Source of the DNA: Octopus vulgaris
Taxonomy: Eukaryota
DNA: 64,000 nucleotides
Assembly: GCA_951406725.2 (NCBI GenBank)
Contig: OX597830.1
Span: 29,078,001 to 29,142,000, forward strand
Direction of reading: 5' to 3'
The position numbers were made by a program, and so were the translations under genes. This document shows positions 30,870-45,469 of the stretch, piece by piece. The notes below the pieces were generated by a model, which worked only from the letters and a program-made list of their open reading frames with translations, was not told where the DNA came from and ran no database searches. The number at the start of each line of letters is the position of its first letter. Positions within the stretch are counted from its first letter, which is position 1.

Positions 30870-32954
30870 CTGTATCTGCGAGTTTATATACATAAGACGA
30901 TCAAAATGTGACTAATATACACGTGTGCATGTGTGTGTAGATATTTAAATATGTCTCTGATCTGAGTATATGTATTTGTGTTTTTATATATACAGTTAAT
31001 TTACCATACGTTTGCTGCATCCAGTTTCATGCTTCCGATTTAATGGATATAGTGAGACGTGGCCAAGCCACCATTTTGTGAGAAGTGAATAAAATGTGAG
31101 TCTACGTTTATATTGAAAAGTGGTCCGTTATTGGTTGCTGGAACAGAAGTCTTCTTTTAAAAGTACTTGTAGACATGATTAAAATATTAAGAATGTTGCT
31201 TAAATTAATTGAATTCGATTTCAGGCTGTACGATCGCATTGGAATTTAAGCGGCTGTGATCAGGATTCCTAATAAACAGTGTTAAACTCTTGATTGTCTC
31301 TGAGATTATTTTGCGCGAGTGTTGGACGAATTAATAGCAAGCAAATCCCCTCCAGAGATGTCAATAGTGAATCACTGTGGATTTTCCGCTGAGCGACATT
31401 TGAAGAAACTGAACATCCATATGCAACCTCTAAGGCAAGCAGGATCTGCAGTTAATCATTCTCATAGAAAAATTAGCCATATTGGCTATTCTGTAGCTAT
31501 GTTTCGTCTCTAATCATTCAAAGTGAGACGAAAAAGAAAAGAGTAATTTGCGGTGTTAAGAAAACTGAAACATTGCAAATGTTGATTATATCGCACTTCA
31601 AAATCATTGGTGGCAGTTCCATCGGGGACAGAGTTCAAGGTGTCAACACACAATCAGTGAATTGTTAGATCTATATTGATCTTTACATTTAGATTACTTG
31701 GATAAAGATGGTATTGATGTGTAATTTCGATTGCTGTGGGTTATACTAGTAGCAATGTTACATTACGTGGAGTATTACTCATGAAGTAATGAGTTACGCA
31801 AGTATAACCCTTTACCAACTCAATATGAGATTGGGAAAAGGCTGATAACCAGTAAATGATATAATATAATATAATATGATATGATATAATATAATATAAT
31901 ATAATATATAATATATAATATATAATATAATATAATTTAAAGTAATGGCATTTTCTACTATAGGTACACGGCCTGAAATTTTAAAGGAAGTGACTAGTCG
32001 ATTTAATCGGATCCAGTGGTGAGAAATATTACTAGCACCATTATAACAAATGATATATCCCAATTTAGCCAATGAGAAATATTTCCTGAGAAAACGTATA
32101 ACATCTGACCAGTGTTTCTCTGTTTGCTCAAACGAGAGTTGCTTGGAAATCAATGAAACAGCAAAGCTATACTTTAAATGCTTAACCAACAAATTTTAGG
32201 TGTTTCATGGAGATTTACTAATAATTTTACGCAAAGAAAGTATCTTAGAAAATAACGCGAATATACATTGTATTGACATCGAAATAAACAGAAATGCACG
32301 AAAGCTTTAATAATCTGTGTCAGAGATTTGGATATGCAAATCAACTGGAAGTAAACATGAATACAAAGAATAAAAGCAAAATCAAACAAATTTGTGATAT
32401 ATCCAGAAGATTATAAATATCAATTTATTTCCAAAATTTACGAGCCAAGAGGGAATTTTGGACATGCGATTCTAATCCGGTGACTTAGGGAAACGTGACA
32501 GATATATACCACGAAAGAAAAAAGAGTTAGTTTAATTGCTTGACGCTTCCGTACAAGAATCTCCCAAAAAACAGGTGGTATACCTCTATGCTGGACACAC
32601 ATGAGAAATGTGTTGCCCTGAAATGAATGGATAGACAATATTGCGATATTGCATGATATAATGTGTGCTCTCTTCTAGTATGTATTGTATCTATTTTCAA
32701 AATACATGTCGAAGGAACAGATTGGTTCAAAGTTCTCCGTCATAGATTTTCACTACGATACTGGCCCGTTTAAAGATTTGTCTAGATGTCCTTTACTCTA
32801 AAATAATTTGTACAAAGATGATGCACAAGAAACTCGTATGGATAACTACTGTATCTAAATGAGATAGAAACAGACAAGCTGAATACAAAGAAGTGAGAAA
32901 TATATAAGAGACGAATAAAGAAAACAAAAACGAAATTTAGTAGAGGGAGGGGGA

Positions 32955-33348
32955 CAATACATCACATCGACGCCAGTACCCAAATGGTACTTAATTTATC
33001 GACCCCGAAAGGATGAGTTGACCTCCGTGGAATTTGAACTCAGAATGTAGCAAGGGGCGAAATACTGTTAAGCATTTCGCCCGGCGTGCTAAAGTTTCTG
33101 CAAGCTCGCCACCTATTGAGACTGTGAAAATAATATTTTCTACTCTCGGCACAAGGCCTGCAATTTTGGGGAAGTGGGCCAGACGATTAGATCGACCCCA
33201 GTTTGCAACTACTACTTAATTTATCGACCCCGAAAGGATGACAGGTAAAGTCGATCTAGGTAAAATTTGAACTCTGAACGTAAAGACAGACGAAACACCG
33301 CTAAGCATTTCACCCGGCGTGTAAACTTTTCTGCCAGCTCACCGCCTT
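32955..33348 (-). mobile_element. Two adjacent SINE family A copies
   Basis: Two units of tacttaatttatcgaccccgaaaggatga...agcatttc.cccggcgtg...agctc.cc, each followed by ga.actgtga. Confidence 0.9.
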
Positions 33349-33678
33349 GTGAAACTGTGATATTAATAATACATAGAACGTTCTGTGGACAAAAGTACAG
33401 ATGTATAGGTATTGGGTGTGTTTATTGGTGAAGAGTATCTTTAGGTGGAAGGCAATGAACATTTTTCTTTATGTATGAACATCTAACGACATTATCAGGC
33501 AACAGCTTTTAAACTTGCAACACTGTTCTTCTACCCCTATTGATATATTTATATTGAAATATTTATTGTCTGAAAGTGCCCACCTTCTTGCTTTCTCTCG
33601 TTTTCCATGTATACATACATTCATATTTTCTAGTTCATACAAACGTTATTGTATCTAATATATCTAATTTGTTTGTGC

Positions 33679-33725
33679 GCCACAATTTGTTTCTAGATCC
33701 GGCAGGCTTGACCCTTCATATAGCC
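33679..33725 (-). ncRNA. Heavily degenerate hammerhead-like remnant
   Basis: Minus strand cuauAUGA-aGGGUC..GAUCUa-GAAA-CAAAUUG-U; core disrupted. Confidence 0.3.
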
Positions 33726-33836
33726 ATTCCTTACCCATTGGAATCGATCTCCAGTAGTGATATCGGAGTCTCAGTTTGAATCTTTTGAGCAATACTAAAT
33801 GTCCTCTATACTGAGAATCTTTAGATCTTTTCTGTG

Positions 33837-33898
<62 letters not shown>

Positions 33899-33946
33899 CA
33901 TATATACACACGCGCACACTGACGCAAACATATATTACAAAATATA

Positions 33947-34001
<55 letters not shown>

Positions 34002-34875
34002 CTATGTATAAGCGCATATAAGCCCACACACACATATACATGATGCACTGGCATACACATGTATATATAAACATCTATATATGTGTATTGTATATATGAT
34101 CGTTCGTATACGTAAAATTACTTCTATTTCATTCCGTTGTGCTTAATAGAGTGCGTGCTTAAAGGTATGTATGTATGTGTGGATGGATGGATATATGTAT
34201 CTATGTAAAGATGTTCGTATGTACGTATATGTATGTACACGACAATTTGCGATTTGTCAGCGTGAGAGACTATGTCGACTGGTGTTTATGTGAATTGTGA
34301 GCGTATGCACGCGTGAGTGCGAATTAATCAGGCTTTATAAATTAAAGATATACAATAATATCTTTACACCCCTTCCTGAGACTGTTTCTAATATACAAGA
34401 AGAAAGTATACACGTGATACGCAAATGTCAACAGCTTTAGATATCAGAGATTTTATGAGCTGTAGTTTGTTGTTGATATACATTTATTTAACAGCTGAGT
34501 AAATTTGAAAGTGTAGATTTCGAAATTTGATCCCCACATCCCAGATTAAGAACGAATGTCCGTGCACCTAACGAACCACGTGAAAACACATTTTACATGA
34601 TGTGCACACATGTAGAGGGTTTTATGTAGGGCCATATATATATATATTTATACAGGGAAAGAGAGGGCGAGAGAGAGAGATAGACAGAGAGGCAGAAAGA
34701 AGACGAGTGAGAAAGTGTGAGTTTGTGTATGTGTGAGATAGATAGAAAGAGAATGAGAGAAAGACAGAGAGAGAGAGAGAAAGAGAATTGAATATAGTTG
34801 AAGAGAAGGGTTGAAACGCAATGCGTATATAATTATAATATATGCACGTGTGGCTTTCTCATCGTATTTCTGTAC

Positions 34876-34930
<55 letters not shown>

Positions 34931-35145
34931 CCGTATATGTATGTATGTATGTATGTATATGCAATATATGCATACACATTGCATATATTATAAAATATAA
35001 CATATATTTGTATATATTTGTGTTCATATACACATATACATAAACAGGAAAACACATATTGCACAGCTGAGTTTTCAAGCTAAAGGAAAAGCTTTCATTA
35101 TTTTAATTAAAAGCGCCATATATATATAAATATATATATACATAA

Positions 35146-35180
<35 letters not shown>

Positions 35181-35194
35181 CATAAATATATATA

Positions 35195-35239
<45 letters not shown>

Positions 35240-36394
35240 GTACATTCATGTATATATATGTATATATAAAAATATATATGTAGATATTTACATATATATA
35301 TATATCTACATATATATATATGTTTATATATATATAATCGTTTATATCTCCTATAATTTTCGATAAATATACATAGATGTCTTTAGTGCATTGGTTTGTT
35401 TATGTCATTACAACCAAGGCAACGCTGGATACATCCTCTTTAACTTACGTAAGTTTAGGTATATATTCATATATGCGTCTCTTTGTGTGTGTGTTTATCG
35501 GAATACACACCGGCACACAAGCATACGTATGTAAAGGATATACTTTAACTTCATGCTTCACAGGTCGCAATGCTTGATCAAGCCCTGCGACCGGCAGAAC
35601 ATTTAATCACAGTATAACCCTGTTTTTGATAATTTTGATCTTTGCTCCCTTATCGTATGTGTACGTGTTCGTTTTATCTAGCATCGTTTTAACAGCGTTT
35701 GTATTTATGTGGATAGTGAAAGTTAATTCGTCATGAAATAATTTTTGCAATGATTCCTTCCCGAAGAAAATCGTTAGTGAAGTCAGTATTAACATTTGTA
35801 GTATTCAAAGAGCTAAAAAAAAATCTAATCAGCAATAATTACGTATGAATAGATTATCAAATGTTACTCAATCCCTATTGTTTGAATGATTCCGGTAAAG
35901 CAGAAGCATAAACACTTGCGTGTTTTGACGCTATCTTGACAGTTACAAGGCATGTATTGTTTCAACGTATTTCGAAAAATATTAAAAAGCTAATCATAAA
36001 TAAACAGATGTATTAGATTGCTGACAAGATATTGTATGAAAATAGAATAGTTCCGAAAATACTAGAGCTGGCCACTTGCATGTCGTAATAAAAACAATAA
36101 CTAGAAATTTACGATGTCAGATAATCTATGGAAGATGTATTATTGTCCTTTTAAATTCTGAAAAGTTTACTCTACTTCCCAGCATACAAATTGATGTAGA
36201 TTGTAAACATGTAGTGTAAACATTCAATATGGTCATTATCTTTGCACGTCTTGCAGCATTGCACAAGGAATATATTTTGTTCTACAAAGTATTTTGCATA
36301 CGTTTCTTGCAACAGGGAAAATTCGATTTGCTTGGCGGTACATACGTTATTTATACATGAAAGTGTAGCGCCTGTCAGCTGAGCATTTTTATTA

Positions 36395-36433
36395 TTGACT
36401 GATGAACGTCTTCGGACTGGAAACATGTCTGAA
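36395..36433 (+). ncRNA. Near-intact minimal type-I hammerhead ribozyme
   Basis: UUGA-CUGAUGA-A-C-GUC-UUCG-GAC-U-G-GAAA-CAUG-UC-UGAA: intact core, cUUCGg-capped stem II, palindromic ACAUGU stem III, GUC site; stem I 3/4 paired. Confidence 0.65.
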
Positions 36434-37380
36434 AGGTTTTGCAAGAGAGTAAACTCATAGAAAAGCACACAAGTGCCAGATGAGGCTAAAACATATAACA
36501 GATTAATCTTAATTCTGCCACAAAAAGAGGAATCGTCTTTCAGATGGTATTCAACATGTTCGGTCGCCAAGTATGAAATTTGTAGAAAAGACAAAAACGT
36601 TTGCTAGTGTTTTATAAATTCAAGGAATAGTTTATTCATCAAAAAATGAATTCGTAGCGTGCACTATCCACGGTCTTCTTAACTTAAGCAATTATTCTGG
36701 ATTCCGAAATCATTCTTTGTAATCTACCTTTTGAAATAAAGTCCCGCAAAGAATACAAATCAAGAAACAGCCTTACATAAATACATAGATGAACGCTTAA
36801 ATGCATTATCTTCTCAGCAATTATCTGATTAGAATCGAACATATTTGATGCGAAACTTCATCCAACTATAACACATTCAACTATAAATGTATTTAAGTAC
36901 TCGCAATTTTTTCGGAGTATCTACAATCCGAATCAGCCGGGAAACCATATTCAGTTTTACTTTTCTTGTATACTGAGACAGACATTTTTTCCTGAAATCT
37001 TAAATGAAGTCTGGTGTATTTTTCCAACATCATTTTGTGTATCTCTATGTATTTTCCTATACTATACATAAACAGACACATAAATATACATTCATACACA
37101 CACACACAAACATACATATATACGTACATATGTGTGTATGTATGAATTGTAAAATGTATAACAGCACACGTAGGTCAATGCACTCATACCCCTCATTCCA
37201 CACAAACATCTTTATAGAAAGTTCTATAAGTGCTTTGGTGTGAAAATCTAGGCTGGATCTTGCATAACTGCTGTACTATCAAAGTTAATAAATAATATCT
37301 ATGTACACACTCGTTATGTATTGTGTATTATTTTTGAAGTTTGTGAAATCACACCTATATATACACACACACACACACAT

Positions 37381-37462
<82 letters not shown>

Positions 37463-37647
37463 GTGTATATACACATGTGTGCTTCCATACGGTTACATGC
37501 ATCTCAATATATCAACTTTTCTCTCTCTCTATCTCTGTTTCTCTCTCCCTCTTTATACACACACACACACACACACGCACACATATATATATATATATAC
37601 ATATATAAACACATATATATATACATATATACTTATACAAATAAATA

Positions 37648-37687
<40 letters not shown>

Positions 37688-38439
37688 TATGTATACATAT
37701 ATATATGCATATATATGTATACACACACATCCACACACACAACACACACACACATATATATATAATGGGTTGCTATTAAAGCAAAACACCGAAACTTTCA
37801 CTTCACTCTCAGGTGTCTATTTTTCGTAGACATTTACGTAAAGGAATACGAGAAGCTTTTGATAGAAAATTTGCTATAAAAAAATACAGAAAAAAAATAC
37901 CCTAAATGTATGCAAAGGAAGGTAGTAATATTTTATTGCGCTAAGTTTTATCAATGATTTTTTTTTTATTTCGTTACCTCGGTTTCAATTTTGTCATCAT
38001 TTTGATCTTCAATGTTCTAAATGGTTTTGGAAATGGCCCTGGCAGAAGAAAGCTCTACAGGAGATTTTACATTATTGAAATTCGAAAACATCAAAAATAT
38101 CCCAAGAATACAGAAATATTTTTTTTAAAATCAGTTACAAAGTCAATATGAAATTTTACTTGATCAAGGTGTCAAAAAGAATCTCAATTTACCAATATTC
38201 AACGCATTAGAATAACTCTCTGAAATATTGAGAGATTTTAGTTAACGAAAAGTTTCCAATATCGTGGCAATTCTTTGAAAAAAATGAGAAAACAACAACC
38301 GGTGCCTTAAAAAAACGGTATTATGATGAGAGCATATCTTACACTAATATAAAATGAAATATAATTACACAGGCACAACTCACCGATCTCGAAGGACATC
38401 CAAATATGAAAAAATATTTAAATGTAAACAAGCATTTTA

Positions 38440-39258
38440 CTTCAGTACAAATGTATTTACTCAGAGATGCCGTACATTTCCAGTATTACTAGTGTCATAC
38501 AGTCTCAAATCTCCAAGTTGATAACAGATTTCAGCGACCACATATGCTTAACCGCCTGAGCTAACCTATCACATATATCGACGTTTCTTTCTTCCTTCTC
38601 GTATACCTTGCTGTCAGCTGAACATGCTATATCTATGATCCAGTATCGTTTAATTTCTTTCTCAATCAACACTATGTCTGGTTTCCTATTCTCTCCTCCT
38701 TTCAATGATTTCAGTGTGTGGACATCTGGTAACTGGGTGCCTTCGCTGTTGACAACCTGTCCCCTTCGCATGACTAATATTGTACATTTATCTATACTAA
38801 ATTCCATGCTGATATATTTGCTGAAGAGTCTTACAGTCTGTATTGTGAAATCTATACTTTTTTCATTGTTACTCAACAACTTCAGATCATCCATGTAGAG
38901 CAAAGAGTTAGTTTTCACTACCTAATTCTGAACTGATACCCTGCTTCGCCTTCCTGAATACTAAGCTGCTGGGTATCTAACATAGGACAAATGTTAAAGA
39001 GGTCAACGAGTGCCCCTGGGAAATTCCTCTTTTGATATTAACTTTACCTGAGTATGTGTCACCTGAATAGAGATCTACTTTCCACTTCTTCATGCTAATT
39101 ATAGCTAATTAATTCTCTTATGTTGTCTGCTATACTGAATATACTCAAACATTCACTTATCCATGAGTGTAGGATCATGTCATAGGCTTTTCTATAATCT
39201 ATCCATGCTATTAGATTTTTTTCTAGCTTTTACTTCGTTTAGAGCAACTTTATCTATG
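38440..39258 (-). mobile_element. R4/Dong-clade non-LTR retrotransposon fragment (RT plus RLE endonuclease), internally deleted
   Basis: AWIDYRKAYD, KRGISQG, LLYMDDLKL, then NRKPDIVLIEK...IIDIAC (PD..D restriction-like endonuclease). Confidence 0.88.
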
Positions 39259-39259
39259 T

Positions 39260-39291
<32 letters not shown>

Positions 39292-39333
39292 TATTACTAT
39301 TATTACTATCATTATTATTATTATTATTATTAA

Positions 39334-39575
39334 CGCGGCGAGCAGGCACAATTGATAGCACGATAGGCGTGTTGCTTAGCGGTTTTTCGTCTGTTTTCAC
39401 ATTATGAGATCAAATTCCGCCGACATCGATTTGCTTTTCATGTTTTCGGGGTCGATTAATTACGTACAAATACAGTAGTGGGGTCGATGTTATGGACTGT
39501 CTCCATCCCCACAAAATCCAGGCCTTGTGCCTATAGTAGGAAGGATTCCCAAAATTTCTGCCCTTGTGACAAGAT
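39334..39575 (+). mobile_element. SINE family A
   Basis: gcggcgagcaggca head, caaattccgccga, ttcggggtcgattaa core. Confidence 0.85.
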
Positions 39576-39582
39576 GTGAAAC

Positions 39583-39685
<103 letters not shown>

Positions 39686-39699
39686 ATTATTATTATTAT

Positions 39700-39992
39700 T
39701 ATAACTTTTTTTCTTCTTTCAAATTTGCTTCCATTTCTTGCCGAGTTTCTTCCCGACTCCTAGGGCGAAGAAACTCATAGTATACATTGGTAGGCCATTA
39801 AACCAAACTCAATAGTTCGTGTATTTAAAAAAATTTTTTTTTTTTATTTATATTAAAATACATGAGCAGCAACAGTACTCACATCGACAATGCTCTTCTC
39901 AATACGTGTGATATACCAGTTAAGCCAATCTTTTGCACTTCTTGCAGGGACGGTAAGCCAGGGATCATTCTCATATAATTTTTATAATTTAT
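39700..39992 (-). mobile_element. 3' end of a second R4/Dong-like LINE running into (TAA)n
   Basis: MIPGLPSLQEVQKIGLTGISHVLRRALSM*, then a ~190-bp UTR and a TAA array. Confidence 0.75.
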
Positions 39993-40014
39993 AAAAGTAG
40001 AGTAGTGGGGTCGA

Positions 40015-40572
<558 letters not shown>

Positions 40573-41069
40573 TAAGTCTACCCCGCCGTCTCCCTTTGGT
40601 TGGGAAGGCCGGGCTGTTTTCATCTGCCAGGCGGCTATGGCAAAAGAGGATGTCTGATGGACAAGACTGAAATGGCCGAGGATAAGCTGTTTCCTCACTG
40701 GCGACCCTTTGATCAACTTTTTCAGGTTGCACTTGAAGCGGAAGATCAGTGTGGAGAAGGAGGTGCTCCCTTCTCGCAGATTTATCGAAAGGTAGATGAA
40801 AGTGGCGAGCATAGAACGTGTGAACGGGCCTGCCGTGAGCATGCTCTTCTGAGTGGAGTAAGGGAGAGAGGAAGCACTTACCTAAGTGATCAAGGAAACC
40901 GAGATTTTTTTGTGGTTTTGCAGGGTTTTTCCCATTGGAAGTCCCCCACACCTATTACGGAATTGTAATTATTTAATTTTATTGTTTCTTTTTGTTATTG
41001 ATTTATGTTTGTAGTTTGTATTTGCGTCCTTGTGTATTCTATACGGACCTACGTGGCCAAGAAAGAAAA

Positions 41070-41072
<3 letters not shown>
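40573..41072 (+). mobile_element. 5'-truncated Tx1/L1-like LINE 3' end between (ATT)n arrays
   Basis: AKEDV*WTRLK...LINFFRLHLKRKISVEKEVL...F.ER* resembles a Tx1-type ORF2 C-terminus (from memory, not searched); T-rich UTR ending gtggccaagaaagaaaac(ATT)n. Confidence 0.55.
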
Positions 41073-41141
<69 letters not shown>

Positions 41142-41176
41142 CATCATCATCATCATTATCATCATCATCATCATCA

Positions 41177-41720
41177 AGGTAGTGAGCTAACACAAACGTG
41201 TGCGCGGCGGGAGAAATGCTTAGCGGTATTTCGTCTGCCGCTACGTTCTGAGTTCAAATTCCGCCGAGGTCGACTTTGCCTTTTATCCTTTCGAGGTCGA
41301 CAAATTAAGTACCAGTTACGCACTGGGGTCGATATAATCGACTTAATCCGTTTGCCTGTCCTTCTTTGTCCCCTCTGTGTTGAGCCCTTTGTGGGTAGTA
41401 AAGAAATAGGTATTTTGTCTGCCGCTACGTTCTCAGTTCAAATTCCGCCGAGGTCGACATTACTTTTCATCCTTTCGGGGTCGATTAAATAAGTACCAGT
41501 TACCCACTGGGGGGTGATATAATCGACTTAATCTGTTTGTCTGTCCTTGTCTGTCCTCTCTGTGTTTAGCCCCTTGTGGGTAGTAAAGAAATAGGTAATT
41601 CGTCTGCCGCTACCTTCTATCGAGGTAGATTTTGTCTTCCATCCGTTGGAAGTCGATAAAATAAGTCCCAGCGCAGATTATTAGGATCGGTATAATCTAC
41701 TTTTTCCCTCCCATGAAACT
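41177..41720 (+). mobile_element. SINE family A: one full unit plus two head-truncated tandem units
   Basis: Junctions aaagaaata-ggta..t.gtctgccgctac at ~41409 and ~41593. Confidence 0.9.
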
Positions 41721-41769
41721 TGTTACTAATGTGGCAAAAGGTCAGCTTTTTGTGAATGATTTAGAAAAT

Positions 41770-41818
41770 TATTACTCGTAGTTATTCTAGTAGTAGTAGT
41801 AGCAGTAGCAGCAGCAGC

Positions 41819-41849
<31 letters not shown>

Positions 41850-41945
41850 GTAGTAGTAGTAGTGGCTGCAGTGGTGGTGGTGGTAGTAGTAGTAGTGGTG
41901 GTGGTGGTTGTAGTAGTAGTAGTAGTAATAGTAGTAGTAGCAGTG

Positions 41946-41978
<33 letters not shown>

Positions 41979-42000
41979 GTAGTAGTAGTAGTAGTAGCTA
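41770..42000. repeat. (GTA)n/(GCA)n/(GTG)n microsatellite
   Basis: Direct reading. Confidence 0.95.
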
Positions 42001-42189
42001 TTGAGGTGAAGAGGATAGTCAATGAATGAACCCTAGTTATTTATTGGCAATCAATTCTATCACTTTGAAAGGATTAAAGGCTGTGTTGAACTTGACACGA
42101 GGTGAAACTGAACTGGCAACGCAAAGATTCGAAAGAAATACGATAACGCTCTTCTAATAATACTACCATTTCACATGCATTGATAATAT

Positions 42190-42408
42190 CGGTTTCAAAT
42201 TTTGGCACAATGCCAGCATTTTCGGCGGGACGGGCTAAGACGTTTACGTCAACCTCCAGTACTAGACTGGTACGTATTTTATCAATCCCTAATTGGCGAA
42301 AGGTAAAAATCAACCGCGGCGGAAATTGAACACCGGCCTGAAAGACGGATGAAATACCACTAAGTATTTTGCGCGGCGCGCTACCGATTCAGCTAGCTCG
42401 CCGTCTTA
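42190..42408 (-). mobile_element. SINE family A, diverged
   Basis: actggtacgtatttt, ggcggaaattgaac, gaaataccactaag, agctcgccgtc. Confidence 0.75.
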
Positions 42409-42617
42409 CATACACTGATAGTATTCATAATCTTTATGTTAATCTCATATCCAGCACTTCGTTACAGATGGATTAGTCGGATAGATAGTCCTTAGTATAG
42501 GGCTGGTGTTTTATTTTATCAACCACAAAAGGATGAATGACATAATCTAAAGAAGTAGGAAGGAATTCCAGCAAGAATTTTGTCCGATGATGCAAAGATT
42601 CGGGAAATATAACACCA

Positions 42618-42985
42618 AGCGCAGGAGTGGCTTACCAACGCGTGGCACCTTGGGCAAGTGTGTTCTACTATAGCCACGGGCCGACCAAAGCCTTGTGAGT
42701 GGGTTTGGTAGATGGAAACTGAAAGAAGACCGTATATGTATATATGTATATATGTGTATGTGTGTTTATATGTTTGTGTCGCTGTGTTTCCCCCCCCCCA
42801 CAACATCGCTTGACAACGATGTTGGTGTATTTAAATCCCAGTTACTTAGTGGTCGACGAAAGAGACCGATAGAATAAGTACTAGTCTTACAAAAGAATAA
42901 ATCCTGGGGTCAATTTGCTCGACTAAAGGCGGTGCTCCAGCATGGCCGCAGTCAAATGACTGAAGCAAGTAAATGAGTAAAACAG
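42618..42985 (+). mobile_element. SINE family B with deleted head
   Basis: gcgcaggagtgg, gtggcaccttgggcaagtg, tail ccagcatggccgcagtcaaatgactgaa. Confidence 0.9.
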
Positions 42986-43504
42986 TAATACGTAATAATT
43001 TCTACTTTAAATGTCGCGTATCAGCGGGAAGGGGATTAGTTTATATTAATGATACTATTACTTGAATCATATTTATTTTATCGTCACTGAATCGAATCAA
43101 AGTAAAGTGACCACGGATATAGTTGTACTCGGAACTCCAACATAAATAACACGGTGTGTATTACTCGATGTTCTAAAGATCTTGCGTAACCATCATTAAG
43201 ACAACTAACAAGTCAATAGTTTTAAAGAGAGGTGGATATCGGATCATATCGTATTTAAGATGTGGACACCTCGTTTTATCAAACACGGTGAAGTTAAATG
43301 CAAAGTAACCCTTTAGTCGGATTTGAACGCAAAACAGAAAGAACTGTTACAAATGCGTATTGCATTTTTGCGATGCTGTAACAAATACTAACAAACACAT
43401 AATACAAAAATATCACCGACAACTTTTCCCACGGTGACAATAGTGATAAAGACGATGAGGTGGGTAGACGACAGGGGATGAAAACATTAACAATGAAATC
43501 GTAT

Positions 43505-43505
43505 A

Positions 43506-43536
<31 letters not shown>

Positions 43537-43589
43537 GTGGTGATGATGATTGTGTTGATGATGATGATGATGACGGCGACGACGACGAC

Positions 43590-43629
<40 letters not shown>

Positions 43630-43708
43630 GTGATGATGACGATGATGATGATAGTGATGGTGATGATGATGATGATGGTGATGGTGATGATGATGATGAT
43701 GGTGATGG

Positions 43709-43743
<35 letters not shown>

Positions 43744-43770
43744 ATTGTGGTGATGACGACGATGACGGCA
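43505..43770. repeat. (GAT)n microsatellite
   Basis: Direct reading. Confidence 0.95.
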
Positions 43771-44424
43771 ACTCCTGAGTCAACAACAACGACAAGAACA
43801 TCAACGAATATATATATATACCTACGGATGACGACGATTATAATGATATCAACGTCATTGTGGTCGCCCATGATGATGAATAGTTTTTAACCAAAGTGAA
43901 AATCTGATATTGTCTCTCTTTACATAAGCAATTTACTTTTATCGTTTATTTTTCTATCGTGTTTTTGTTATCTTCGCTTATATTTATATATTTTACATTT
44001 ATATTTTACACCTCATATTTTCTTCTTTTTATTATCACTACATTTTCATTTTTTTTTTTTCATATATATATATTTTCATGTCTCTATATTTATTATAATT
44101 TTTTTTCTTCTTTTATATCTTAACTGATCGTATCATTGGCTGAAGTTTACAAGTGATAAACTTCTGGTGAGCAGTCGATCAATCTAGCTAAAAGGGGTTG
44201 AAATACTGGCCTGCAAAAGGTCGACGTTATCATTTGGTTATTAGCGAGGACGATCTGAAGCGACATTACACTTAAGAAATTGTAAGGGTGTTTTATTGCA
44301 CTCCGCGGTTTTGCCGAGTAGAAAAACCTTTCCATTAACGATATACCTTAGACGTGGTCTTATGTTCGAATGAATGTATATGTCTGTTTGTGTGTTTGCG
44401 AGTGTGACTGTTTCCGAGATCCTG

Positions 44425-44524
<100 letters not shown>

Positions 44525-44729
44525 TATGTATGTATGCTTATGTCTATACATGTATTCATGTATGAATGTATGTATGTCGGTAGGTGGGTATTGACATATG
44601 GGTGTGTGTGGGTGCTCGTTCGCGAAAAGTTGGTCGTACACATACATGCATATACATAAGCGCATGCATAATATGTAAGTATATACATACTGTACATAAT
44701 GTACGTATATATCTATATATGTTATATTA

Positions 44730-44794
<65 letters not shown>

Positions 44795-44813
44795 CACAAA
44801 AAATTTGTTCATA

Positions 44814-45220
44814 GTCGCAGAAGTGGCTGTGTAGAAAGTAGCTTGCTTACCAACCACATGGTTCCGGGTTCAATCTCACAGCGTGGCACCTTGGGCAAGT
44901 GTCTTCTACTATAGCCTAGGGCCGACCAAAGCCTTGTGAGTGGATCTGGTAAACGGAAGCTGAAAGAAGCCAATTCGTATAAATGTATATATATATATAT
45001 ATATATGTGTCGGTGTGTGTGTGTGTCTGTGTTTGTTACAACCACATCTCTTGACAACCGATGCTGGTGTGTTTACGACGCCGTAACGTAACGGTTCGGC
45101 AAAAAAAACCGATAGAATAAGTACTAGACTTCCCAAAAATAAATCGATTTGCTCGACTAAAGGCGGCACTCCAGCATGGTCACAGTCAAATGACTGAAAC
45201 ATGTAAAAGAGTAAAAGAGT
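44814..45220 (+). mobile_element. SINE family B, full length
   Basis: A/B boxes (tggctgtgtag, ggttcaatctc), CORE-like segment, internal microsatellite, (GTAAAAGA)2 tail. Confidence 0.9.
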
Positions 45221-45404
45221 ATATAATTTATGCATATATATATATGACAGTGATATATTCTCGTTATAGAATACACTTCGTAATGATCGAGAGAACTTGT
45301 GCAGGTAGAGTATATATATATGTATGTATGTATGCATGTATGGATGTATGTATGTATCTATGCATGTATGCATGTATGTATGTATCTACACACGTATGTA
45401 TGTG

Positions 45405-45466
<62 letters not shown>

Positions 45467-45469
<3 letters not shown>

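Noticed and set aside
31040-32800. Possible ancient LINE remnant on the minus strand
   Set aside because: No unambiguous RT or endonuclease motif readable.
35600-36860. Possible decayed hAT transposase (ORF 36172-36594 minus, AQLTGATLS...FLVQCCK)
   Set aside because: Only vague resemblance; no intact catalytic motif or TIR found.
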